A DNA stretch of 64,000 nucleotides from Lingula anatina. Its lineage: Eukaryota > Animalia > Brachiopoda. Made by a program: the position numbers and the translations under genes. Below are positions 1-12,721 of the stretch, one piece after another; position 1 is the stretch's first letter; every line of letters begins with the position of its first letter. Under the pieces are notes generated by a model that saw nothing but the letters and a program-made list of their open reading frames with translations, was not told where the DNA came from and made no database searches. The stretch spans positions 5,402,954 through 5,466,953 of the forward strand of contig CM120644.1 in the NCBI GenBank assembly GCA_051362555.1. The letters run 5' to 3'.

Positions 1-306
1 CTGCAGACTAACTGATTTAATATGCTCAATAATTCAACAGTGACCTTTATATGGTACAGAGGAGGCAAGTATCTTTTTGCCCTTTACGTTGTCACACTGG
101 AAATATACATCGCCTTTAATGTCTTTCTGTTTAACTTAGTGAGACTTATCTTGAAGCTCCCACGGACAGATTGGAACCTTTTTATCAAGGACCCCCCTTT
201 GTGACTGAAATAGGTATAATTGTTTTGTTGGTATACTTGAACATGTGGGGGGTGAGGGGTTTGCCCACTTGGGGAAGTCAGCCTAAACACCTCTTATCAC
301 TGTTAA

Positions 307-1902
307 GGGATCTTGGATATTAACAAAAAACTCCAAAACTAATGCAGCTAATGAAATTTCCTATTAACTTAAAGATAAGGTCTGGCAAGCCAAACAATTT
401 TTCAAAGTTTGTAGTCACAGTGTAACACGAGTGACGTAATATCAGCGTTTTGAGGCTAAAATTGTCCTTTTTTTAATCAAGAATTTCTCTTAAACAAAAA
501 GCCCTATTAATACGATTGAAATAGCTATCTAAAAGTTAGCACAAACTCCAGTGATCTCTGTCAGGATTTTCTCTTTTTATTTTTGCTTTTGATTTTATTT
601 TGATAAAACGTGAATTTTACGAAATATATATGGACCTTCCAATTTCAGTATTAATAACTTCAAAAATAAAAGGTCAATCCAAAAACCAAGACTCAGTCGA
701 CTAGATATTATACTGAAACAGAGACACATCAAATTTCATGTCAATCTGACAGTTACAGAATGAGATATGGGTATTGAAGTTTAGACTATGTTATCAATCT
801 TCAAAGCTGAGAAATCGCTCCTAAACCATTTTGCTCAGGTAATTGGGCTATTTAAGCAAAATAATTGCACCTCCACCTTACCTGTTATCATCTTGTTGAT
901 CGGGAAGGTCTATACACCATTACGTGTTAAAATTGGGTTGTTTGTTTCTATCTAGATGCCAGAAAATCTTACTTTTGTACGCAAACTTATTCGTACCACG
1001 AAAGCCGCTCTTCGCTGAGAAATGATTGACAGCTGAGTAGGTCTACCTTCTCTCGTTTCACTGACGTAATTAATCATAATTGTGCCTGACGCAGTAGGAG
1101 TCTGTGCACTGTCTAGGAAGTGTCTAAGGAAGCGCTTACAAACAAAAAGAGGATCACTTGGTGTGCCAGCAGAGGAAATTTGCCACCCGTAGTGCGTGGA
1201 CGCCGCTCTACACGCCAAGACGCGAAAATTGAGAAAGCAAAGCAAGATTTACTCCGAGAAATGGCCGAATGTGGGTACGCATATGCCATGATGCCACAGA
1301 GTGCCAAGACCGTAATATGCGAATTTGATAATGTTTTGGGTGGCAATATTACTAAAAAACTTGCTTGCTATTACAATCTTTATTGTGCATAAAATGATTG
1401 CCTAACGATTTTTTTCTGACAACCCCAGACGTTGTACGAATACTCAGCAGTTCAAGTGTGATCTCGAGTCTTTACCTAGACGTGATTTAGACGCTATAGG
1501 AGAAAATTTAATATATCGTACACTCTCTTTCAAAATTCTCTTGCTTTCCTCGCTCATCCGTTTTCTCACGACTTTCTTTCTTCCCATGACTGTTTATATA
1601 ACTGTGTTCTGCTTAGCTGACGTAAGACTTATGAGCTGCCAGGGCACGCGTAACAGCTTAAGAAATTAGACAACCATTCCTGCCCCGCCTCACCATAGTA
1701 ACGGTGCTTGACAACGGAGGCGGAGCCTAAAGCCTGCCACCCGTACCAGTCAGGACAGGTAGAAAAACTCGTCCAAATGTTTATTTTTAGTCCGTGTTTC
1801 ACAAATATAACTTAATTGAGTATTAGATACAAAATTGATTATTTCTAACGTATAAAAAACTAAAAATCGAGTTTTAGACGTATTTTTAATATCCTAGACC
1901 CC
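307..1902. mobile_element. Kolobok-like non-autonomous DNA transposon
   Basis: TTAA on both sides (303-306, 1903-1906). Imperfect TIRs: GGGATCTTGGATATTAACAAAAAACTCCAAAACT versus revcomp GGGGTCTAGGATATTAAAAATACGTCTAAAACT. RR...YY termini with a TTAA TSD fit Kolobok rather than piggyBac (CC...GG). The interior is CpG-rich relative to the flanks; no recognisable transposase. Confidence 0.7.
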
Positions 1903-4900
1903 TTAAGATAATGGGACAGAGAAGTCACAGTGTGGTGGACTGCCCCCCTCCTTGTCTGCCCACGCCACTGGTGTAATAGTACAAAGAGGGACAGTTAGTT
2001 AACACCACCAAAGAATTCCAGCCATGAATGGGATGAGCAATGTACAGGGTGTTTGAAAAAGATGGGAACATGTCCTTTTAGTGTGATTTTTGAATTGGGT
2101 GTGAGTTTTAAACCATTACACAGACAGGTGAACTTGGCCAGCTTATGTCCATAGGTCAATTATCCTCTACTTGAAATTTTCCATCAAATCCTAACCAAAA
2201 CCATGACATATTGATCTGCCTATTGATGTGTGGATTTTGAGACCCCTTGTAGCCTCTGCTGTCTTTTCTATAGAGATAGGGAGGAAATGCCTTCCATATA
2301 CTAGGTTACTCTGCAGAGTCATCAACTTAAAGTTGAAGGAGATACTCTTATACAGGGAGGCATTGGCACATGTCTACCCAGGGTTAGTTACTTGTTAGAA
2401 CATAGAAGTTTTATTTTTCAGAAATTTGTATATATTTTTTTGAACAAATCAATCATAACAAGGAGCTGACATCATAAGGATATCGCCAGGTAAGTCTTCT
2501 GTTCCCTATTACAGTATGGGCTGCTGACAGGTACTTGATTTTAGTGGATATGGGAAACTATGCCATCAAGGTAGACTTGCTTTGTCAGTGTCATTGGTTT
2601 AGGATTGGTTGATAAAAAGTTTGAGAAATGTTGATAATTGAGAAAAGTCTGAATGAAAAAAAAAAATTCATTATGCGATTTATATACAAGAATACCTTAT
2701 GTGTGTTCAAGAATTATTTTCCATAATATAACAGTTACAGTATTTAGGGAATGAAGGCGTGGAAGATAGGTATGTAAAGGTAGTGGTATCACTTTCCCAG
2801 GTGTTACATGTTGTAGTGGAACAGGGAATGTACTGATAGAGTTGGCCACCTAGGAAGTACCTAGGGGTACATTTAGACATATTTGTAGGTTCTACTCTGG
2901 TACGCTGCAGAAGCACATGTAGACAATGAACGGGTGTCTTTATAGTGTAACACCATATAAAGATCATTTAATTGGACAACATGGGATAAAAAAGAAAAAA
3001 TCATTATTCATACCTAAATTTTCCTTTTTGACCATTGTGCACACCAGGCTAGCAGTGGCACTGAACCATATTTTACCATTTGTAAACAATCCCTATGGTG
3101 AAAGACATTTTCATAGATTTCTAGATATCTCACTTCTTATGCCAGGTTGCAGTAGTGTTAAATATAGACCTCAAACTTCAACATGCCTTTAATGTGTTCT
3201 GCTCCGTGCACACAGTATGCTGATCTTTCCCTTCCACCTCAGACTGTGAGGTAAATCTTTGTTGACAGGACTTGGGCAATGTTATGCGCAAGAGAAGGTA
3301 CATGAGACAAAGCTGGGTATGTGGGAGTCTGTGAATAAAGAAAAAAAATTTTCTATGAGGAATAGACATAGGTCCATTTTAGTTGTGGATAAAGAGGAAG
3401 AAAAGTCCATTGAAGAATGCCATGGGTACATGTAGGTATAATTGTAATGATAGAAATTTATAAGTGCAAGGTTGAAATATGGGACAACCCGTTTACTATT
3501 GTCTACTATTGTTCTGAGTGATGTTACTGCAAGCTAGGAGCACAGTATTATAGGAATAAGAGAGGAGTTTATAAAGATAACTTATTATTATTTTAAGAGA
3601 TGGCCCATGGCAAGGAGAAAAAAAAATAGATCAAGGCGCAACATGAAAATCAAATTACAGGGTCTGAATACTGAATTATAGACATTGAGGATAAGATTTC
3701 TTCAGGGTAAAAGTGTGCATTAACATAAAGACCATATGTTTGTTTACTTGTGTCGCATGTATTATCTTCATGCTTGGAGTTACGGAAGCAGGATAGCTCT
3801 CCAGGGCATAGAGGGAAGATTATAGGTCTGGAGTAATTGTAAAGGAAAAGTTAGGGTAGAAATGATGTCTGTTTCAATAGATAAGACCACTTAAATGCCA
3901 AGATACAAAACCAGCAAAAAATAATGCTGCCACGCCCACACAAGAATGATGGATAATTTATAGGTCACAGAAAATGTTAGTATAGAAAAAGCCTTAATGT
4001 TATTTATTTGATAATTGAAATGATGGGAGGTGGCCTGTGGCAGGTTTGATAGCATGTGTTATATGATTCTCTATGTAAAAATAATAGATTATCAATTAAA
4101 TGGCAAATTAAAATATGAATATAGTAAAATGCAATGTTGGGCAACTTGAAATAAGCTCGAGAAGGTTCATTTTCCATTTTCTGAAAAAAAAAAAATTATG
4201 AAACCAACTCAAATTCATTATCTCTTTAAATCTGGGGGCCTCATGATGAACTCTTATGACACATGTGACTCATGAGTTAGAATACACAGAGATTTATTTC
4301 TAAGTTATATATTCAACCTGGAATGTTACATTGTTATTTTATGTAATATGATACAATTTATGGGTTATGATGACATCTGATCATTCAGCAGTAGAGTGAA
4401 GTCCTTAGATCTTGTATTAAATATTAAAAAAAAAAAACAGATCAGTTTTCTTTTTTATTCTCCTTTCATCAGCAAATTGAACTTCCCTTTACAATTTATA
4501 TCATTATGAAGGAGAGGAATCATTTTTCCTTCCTGTTCAGAATTTCTTTCATTTTCATTGTAAAAGAGTGTTTGGAAAGTTGCCTGATTATATATGCAAT
4601 CCCCCTAAAATTGGGGGGGGGGGGGGGGATGTCCTTTTTGGGGCATTTTCCCCATCCTAGTTACAACCATAATCAAAAACAAGATAACCCCCCAACCCAG
4701 CCGTTCTCTTACAACCTATGGCATCTCTGGTCTAGGTGATATATATATCTCTCACCTGTTCAGGTATAACATTAAGCAATCACTGACACCTAGATTGTGG
4801 AGTTATGACACAGAAGTGGAGGATCAAGACACTCCAAGGTGTCACCGGGTGTGGACATAGCTATAACTGGCTTATTCAGGTTGGAGGAAGAATTATAATA

Positions 4901-5217
4901 ACTAGGACTGTTCAACTACATTTTGATTTTGCCAAATGCTCAATTTTCACCTGGTCTGAGAGAAAAAAAAATGTCAGAATTTTTTCACATTCATTAGTTT
5001 TTACTCAATGTAAGTAGGATATTCCTCAGCCAGTGGATATTACAAATTAGTGAAATGGAAAAATTGAGCTGATAAAAAGAAGACGTGTTCACTCAAGTCT
5101 AATTTAGACTGAAAAGGGACAGTTGATATCACCAGGCAGTGACACTACATCTGCCCCAAGTTCCTGTGTGAATGTTACTCAAGTTTACCCAGAGTTGGGA
5201 CTAGCAAAGGCAGTATG

Positions 5218-5384
5218 CAGGGGCGGATTTAGGCCGTCTTCTGGGTCTTCCGGAAGACGGTCAGATTTTCAAGTTTACATTGACGGGTATCTAATGTTTT
5301 CTGTCGGAAGACGGTCAAAATAGAGGATAGATAAACAAAGATAATTTGGAAGACTGTCAGAAAATATCTCTGGATCCGCCCCTG
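5218..5384. mobile_element. hAT-like MITE
   Basis: TIRs CAGGGGCGGAT...ATCCGCCCCTG; GTATG repeated on both flanks (5213-5217, 5385-5389); internal GGAAGAC repeats. Confidence 0.7.
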
Positions 5385-6072
5385 GTATGGTAGGTAAAAC
5401 TATATATATAAAAAAGATAAGATATTTTGCTGAAAATTGGTCACTGTGATCTACTTTCTTAATCATCAAGTCCACCTGATATTGGACAATATATGACAAA
5501 TCATATTACTATCTCTCTGCGTATACAGTACAGCAATATAGATGATATTGTAGATATTGTAGAGGCCAAGTGATACCACTAGAGTGAGTTTAACAGTAGA
5601 TGATATGTCAGGGATATCATTCATAGTGGAGGTAGTAGTTTGATATATTAACATTCTTATGTGGTGGTACAGTACAGTGATAAGATGTAATAAGTATGGT
5701 CATCACAATAGACTCAGTAGAACCAATGGTGAGTGCAGCTATAGAGTATTTTGTATGTGACTGATTTAGAAATGGGTTGCTATTATTCGAGATAAGTCTT
5801 CCAGAGAGTGCTGTAGGTAAAGAAACATGGTTAATAGCGACGGTTTATACGATATTGTAATCGTGGCAACGGGATGTAGTTATATAGCAGGACACATTAA
5901 TTTGGCTAGTTATTGTATTATAATGATCAGATTATAGTTTGAGTATCAGTTTCAATTCATGGCTCAATAGGAAATGTTTTTAATAAGGTGGTTAGCTCTG
6001 TTTGAGCTTACTCTGAAAATATAGCAGAGATGAAGAAAAGAAGAATGCCGTGGCACATTTACACTGTGAAAG

Positions 6073-6225
<153 letters not shown>

Positions 6226-6978
6226 CCGTCCAAGTACAGTTCTGATCTTGTATTTGAAATCAGTATACTGCAGGAAATAAATAACATTGTATGAATCTTA
6301 ACGTTTTTAAGTGTTAATAAAAACTAGCAGTGACTGAATCTGCGTTGAGGAACCTTTGGAATAGATTGCCTAACATGCTCCCCCCCCCCTTCCCCTTCCA
6401 AAAAAAATAAAATGGATTGAAGAAGAAAATGTGGACATATTACGGAAGATATTGAGGTTGACATACTTGACGTAACAAAAGTTAGCAGACTAGTTGCACG
6501 TGCAGCATAGTTGTATCACTTAGTGCTGTAAAAATCTTCAGTCCTGTTCAGACATGTGTAACCCCAGTCTAGACTAGGCAAACATATATTTTATGGACAA
6601 GCCTTTTTCAATTGGTGATCAACCCATCAGATGATGTTGTTGAAGTCAGTTTCTGGTTTGATATTGTCCTTAGGAGAACGAGAACGCAAACTGGATCTTG
6701 ATCACGCCACCCCCTGCGAAGACAACTGACAAATGAAGGAAAAAATCAATTGACAGATTAGTTCTTAACTGGCCTTTATTACTTCTCTGTAGGAAAAGAT
6801 CCAATTTATTACTTGAAGGGCATGCACTTGGAATTTTGGCAGTTAATTCAGGAAAAAGTTGTTTAGAAAGTGGAAAAGGTTGTTTGGATAAGGGCTCCCT
6901 GTGAGGCAGGAAGTTTTGTCTGTTTTACCTGGCGTAGGTAGCACTGGTATACAAAGGAAGGTAGAAGTAGTGTATCTG

Positions 6979-7015
<37 letters not shown>

Positions 7016-9022
7016 ATTTACACAGTCTCACATAGATGGGTCACTTGAACTGAAGAGGATACATGCTTATAGATTAATCTATATCTGAAAGGAACAAACA
7101 ACATCTGGAGCACCTCACCAAGAGGCATTTCTAAGGATATAAACAAGATTGTGTTTGTTTTTTTTGTACAAAAATAGCAGCATAAGTGACTCTTAATCAG
7201 GGACATGCCTTGCTGAAAGTGTCAGCACCAAAACTTACCCACTGTAGATCAGTACAAGAATCTACACAAGGCTAGCCTGCAGGAAAATTGTTACTCTTCT
7301 TCCGATGCCTTTTTTTGCCGGTAATGATTTCTAACTACAATGGATCAATTTATTGAGCATTTTTGACCAGAGAAGGACCAGGGAACTGTAAGATTCCAGA
7401 AGCAGTTTAATGATCAGAAGGATGTTTGACATTGATGGGATTTGATTCCAAGAAAAAAAATTGCTTATCGGTAAATCAGTAGGAATGTTGCTGTCATGGA
7501 TCTAGGTTGTAAACTTGGCATTTAGAAGAGAAGAAAAAATGTGTTTGTTGTAAGAAAGACTATTTGTAGTGATTTTTTTTTTTTTCATTCTGGAGATGAA
7601 TTCAGTAGTATGATGTAGTTACAAGTGGCATTTGAAAATGTTTTAAGTTCTGTCAGAATGTGTATCAAAAGTGGGGTGCTGTTTTCAGTGTTTGACAAGG
7701 AAAAGATTTACTATCCAATTAGTGAGAGATAAAATCATTTGTCAAGTGGATATCTGCCAAAATTATCATTGTATAAACGATCTACGCATATGTCAGAAAG
7801 TTTTTAAGGTCATCACTCGGCAAAAATCATCAGAATTTGAATATTTTTTCCATCAGTAAAAGATAACCAGAGTAGTTAATCAATACTCCCCAGCAGTGAA
7901 AGGAAGGTACTTTATTCTGCCAGCTGACACTGTACACCATATGTATATTATAGACCAGTCATCAATCAGAATCTTTACCTTGGACAGCATCTGGCCATAT
8001 TTTCTTACACACTGGTTAATAACAGGATGGGGATCAATGGCTGGCAAAGTGATCAGCTATAAGTCATAGTTCACCAGTTGTCTTAAGGGAGTTGAGGTTA
8101 AAGTGATATTATTACTGTGAGAATTACGGAGAAGTCCCATGTGTAATCAAGCAAATGACTGCAGTTTAACCCCTTGGCCTCTGATAAAAAAGATTTGATT
8201 AAAAAATCACTGGCCTGACCTAAACGGCCAAGTTTTTTTTTTCTTTCTCCACAGACAACAGAATTGACTCTGAGTACTTGGTGGCAGTGTACATAAAGGC
8301 AGGTGGAGATCAAGGTGATTCTTTTACCTTCCTTTAGTTTGTCTGTGGCATTACTTCTTGCTAAGCAAACTATCAATATTTTCATTTGAGGAAATGATTT
8401 CATGGGAGGAAGTTTTTTCCTGTGAGCAAAAATGAAGTAGTACATCTAAGTTGTTTAAAGTAATGTTGTTCTGAGAAAGACATTGTAAAAGGAACTGGAT
8501 ATAAAAGAGAATGTTAAGCTTGTCTGTACATATGTATGTAGTCTAAATGTGAAAAGGATTTTCACTATTAGAGAAGCAGTAGTCATATTGAAAGAGTTGA
8601 AATTTATCCAAAGCAAAAAAAAAAAGGGAAAACAGGCGTTGTGAAGAAAAGGAATTTTGTGCGACCACAACCACTAAAATGTGTCTCCTCTCCCCAATAT
8701 TGCATGCTGCAGGCACATAAGATAGCAGACAGGGGTCTTGTGGTTTTGCAATGGAAATAGTAATTTTAGTCAGGTTACAGAGACAGGGGAAGGGGGGGGG
8801 GGGCAGGTGAGATGCACTGTAATCTATTAGTTACTTTGTAGAAATTGTAAAATAAAAATAATAATTAGATAAATAAAAAAACACAATATTCCAATGTTTT
8901 GAAATTTTACATTCAGGTCAGAGAGTGTTAAAAATTTTTGAGGGTTTTACCATATCTCTGTGCTGGCATAGGTGTGTGAAGTCTAACTGTGAGACACGTT
9001 TCAGATGAGTTAATGTGTATGC

Positions 9023-9125
9023 TATATAAAAGAGGATGGGAAACCTTTGTGAACTGATAACAATAGTGTTTTAACCAGACTGTGATCTTTGTTTTCTTTT
9101 TAAAGACGATAATTCTCAGGTAAGG
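9023..9125 (+). promoter_or_regulatory. Candidate internal TATA promoter with short non-coding exon
   Basis: TATATAAAAG at about 9023, followed by a strong donor CAG|GTAAGG at 9119/9120. Confidence 0.3.
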
Positions 9126-12100
9126 TATGTTTTGTAACTTTTATAAAGGATAATCACTGGCTTATCAGATAAGAAATGTTTTAGGTTTATTTTAGGGATA
9201 GTCAAACCATTATTTTGGAATGAAAAATATTTAAAGATATAGTTCACAATTATACTAGTGACTTGTAGAGAAAATTAAGCCAGGTCTCCCTGGGAAGATT
9301 TCTACATGAATTTATCTATCAGATCCTTCAGACCTTCATTGGTTGTCATCAGTCCTGGCAGACCTGACACATCAGGAGGATCTTGTTATTGCTATCAATC
9401 CTTTTAGACCTGAAAAAAAAAACTGATTAGTATGAAATAGCTCAAGGAAGAGGTAGAGCTTGCTTCTGGGAATTTTCACTGGCATTTTGAACTATCCTGA
9501 AATTGAAAGAAAAGTGCTGGAAAGAAGTGGGTGGAATAACAGGATCTGGTGGTATCTTAAAGCGGATATCTCATTTAGCAAGTCATGACTTTCAAGAAAT
9601 GGTTTTATCATTTTGGATTCTGAAGAAGAAGGGGTAAGGAAGTGGATTGCATTTCATTAATTTTAAAAGGGTAGAATTTTGAGATTTTATGGAATATTGA
9701 TTTGCATTGATTTTGCATACCAGAAAAAATTAATTTATGTCTTCTGTTATATTTTAAACTGATGTCTATGGTATATCAAATATTGCAGACTGCATAGTGT
9801 AGGTGGTCTGTATGGTTGAATTGCATTGTCATCTTGCCCTGTATATGATATAAACCATGTCAGTTATTCAGTACCATTACTGTTGCTGCCCAATTAATCA
9901 AGATTATTGATTGGAGTTATGAAATATAGTCATTATTTAGGAAGGAATATGGTTTTATCTTTGAACAAAGAGGGAATGGATGTCACGTAGTCATTTTGAT
10001 AAATGAGAGAAAAAAAAGCGCCATATTTGTCTCATTGATATACATAATTAATAATTTAGCATGAGATCTGATGAACATTTTTGAAATCCATACTCTGGTG
10101 TTCTGAAATAGCTCTTCATATTTTAAGTGTTTGGTTGTGGTTACAAAATGTTGTTCTATAAGCAGTCTTTTTACAGTTTTCCCAACACAAGTAGGTTGTG
10201 ACTGGTTTCGTGTCATTATCAGGCTATGTGTCCTTTTAAACAGGTAAAGCTTTTTTATTGGTTTAGGAAAAAAAGGGCAGCAGCAAGGGGACCATAAATA
10301 TATAATTAGGGCATCACAGTTAAAATGAATATATCTGTATTTCATTGATGTAGGGAATACTGCACTTGGAGACACAATTATAACATTTCAATGTCACTAT
10401 TGATTCTAATGTAGCTGTTTATCATTGGTGAAGATGAAAAAGGACACTTGAAAACCAACTGTATGAGACGACACAGTAGTCTGGCCAAGTGCAGCTGTGT
10501 GATGCCAGCACGCCCTCCCCCCTTCCCCCCACTGTAGAGACAAAGTTGAGGAGATGGCACTCTTGTCGTCTGAATTATTCATGAATCTCACAATTTCTGC
10601 CCTAGTATTAATGTGAGGAGGAAGTCGGTCTCTGTAGCATTGTCCTATACCGAACAGAGTGTATATTTAAATGTATCACTCCAGTTGGCTTCATGTATAC
10701 TGGTTGTGTGAAGAGCTTAACTGTTGAGGGTTAGGAGATTCTGACAGATTTAAAGTCACAGAATTATACCAAAGATGAACAGTTTGTCTCTGTGTAAGTA
10801 GATGTGTACAAATGCAATTGAATATATGTATTTATATATGAAAGTGACTGCTGATTAGCAATTTTTTGTTTGGTCATAGAGGTAAAACTGAAAGATGAGG
10901 AAATTTTGTGAAGAAAATGTAGCAGTATTTTTTTACTTTGGTGAAAGCCTGTGGTATGCTCTTAATAGAAACGTGTGCACAGTTGGAAACCTACTGAAGC
11001 AGCAAACTGTAAATGTGCAATCTTGGGATAGAGTTAAGTATTGAACACAGCATGATATTGGGGAAAATAAAGCCATGTAAGACTTGTAGAGTTCTTATCA
11101 AGATTTACACAGTAAAAAGACACAGTCTGAGGATCAAAATTTTGTCTAGGTTTCTGTTAGTTCTCATACTGATAAACTCATGGAAAACAGTCTGTGGATT
11201 AATTTGGGATAGACTAGATTAACTGTTGATCCACCAATATTATTTTAGCAGTGAAACCTTGAGGAACTGTTGAAAACTCACGACTCAGACTTGGAAGCTC
11301 TCATGGTCCATTTACCAAAGGATCTGAAGGATTTCTCTGTCATGTTTGGATTAAGAAAGTAATTTACTTAGTATTTACAGAAAAAAAGGGGGAGGACAGA
11401 AAAAGTCTGTTATTTGTTTTCGGTCTCATGAGACAGTAATGTCAGGACTGTAGACAGATAAAGACGGGAGATTAGAGGGAAAAAAACAACTCTTATCAGA
11501 GATTTATATAACCTCAGGTGTGACAAGAATAAACCAGACATGGCAATATAAATTACTACTGGATTTAACATTAGTTAAAACCTAAATTAATTGTCTGGTG
11601 CAGTTAAGAAAGGAGATGGGCCTATGAATTGCCTGGTTCACAGTTATGGTTTAGAAAGTAGATAGACTGCAGAATATAAAGTAGATAGACTACTGGATTT
11701 AGCATTACTCAAACCCTAGATCAGTTGTAAGAATCACTACAGTTTGCTGTGGTTCATATGGAAGATACATAGTGATAATATAGGAGGTGAAATCCCTGAA
11801 GGAACCAAGTCATGATGTGATAGTATTAGGGGGTTATACTAAGTCAGGTTATCTTTGAGAAGCAAAACTACATATTAGTAAAATTCTTATTGACTACTTG
11901 AGTTTGTATGGTTAAAGACGATCTGTGATAAGTAACACATTGAAATACTTTTTCACTGCAGGAAGTTGTATTGAAGATAAAAATTCCAAGGATTTCAATA
12001 TTTGCTAGGATTATATGACACTATACACTGAAATACCTGATGTAGCTCATGACACCATGTTACACAGGTAACTCTACGCATTCTGTGTAACTTGGAGAGC

Positions 12101-12194
12101 ACTGGATTTAGAGAGTACGGGATTAACAGCACTGAGGATTTAAATAATTGAAGGATTATTATGAGAAAGTGTCATATCAGAGGAAGGGAGGAGG

Positions 12195-12226
12195 GTGACA
12201 CCTGACGGGTGACACCTGACAAGCTG
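12195..12226 (+). promoter_or_regulatory. Tandem E-box/TGACA motif upstream of the candidate alternative first exon
   Basis: GTGACACCTGAC occurs twice in tandem, about 80-100 nt before ATG 12303. Confidence 0.35.
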
Positions 12227-12302
12227 TTCTTTTCTTAACACTACCAAAGACTGATATAATTGGCAAAGTAGGAGGAGGGCTCTATCTCGTTGTGGCTGCT
12301 AC

Positions 12303-12557
12303 ATGTCACGGTTGACGACTGCCTCTGTACCGTCATCGCCACGTGCAATATCTCTTTCATCTGCTCGTGACAAACAGAGCGCGACGAGGACAACGACGAC
12401 AAGTGGGAGCAGTAACAACCATAACAACAGCAGCAAGCCGGTGGCAATACGCCAGTGTAAACAGTACATGTCTGTGATGAAGTACGACATGGGCTGTGTG
12501 ACTGTGTTTGGGTTACTGTTACAGGCCAGGAAAGCCAGGAAGAAAAGGAAAAAAATG
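12303..12557 (+). CDS. Candidate alternative first coding exon of the PTPN4-like gene (FERM-less isoform)
   Basis: 85-codon open frame ending ...MGCVTVFGLLLQARKARKKRKKM at ATG|GTGAGT. Phase 0 matches the phase-0 acceptor of the PDZ exon at 17504. It is a local CpG-rich patch inside a CpG-poor gene body. Confidence 0.6.
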
Positions 12558-12636
12558 GTGAGTATTTGGTCTCAGATTTGGATCGGATGGTTTTTCCTTC
12601 CAGATACACAATATAAGCACTGTGTACTGTCACATT

Positions 12637-12637
<1 letters not shown>

Positions 12638-12721
<84 letters not shown>
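12638..12721. repeat. (TG)n microsatellite
   Basis: Directly visible, about 80 nt after the 12558 donor. Confidence 0.95.

Noticed and set aside
7671-7859. ORF MGCCFQCLTRKRF as another acylated N-terminus
   Set aside because: It starts at GTG rather than ATG, and I found no convincing in-phase donor.
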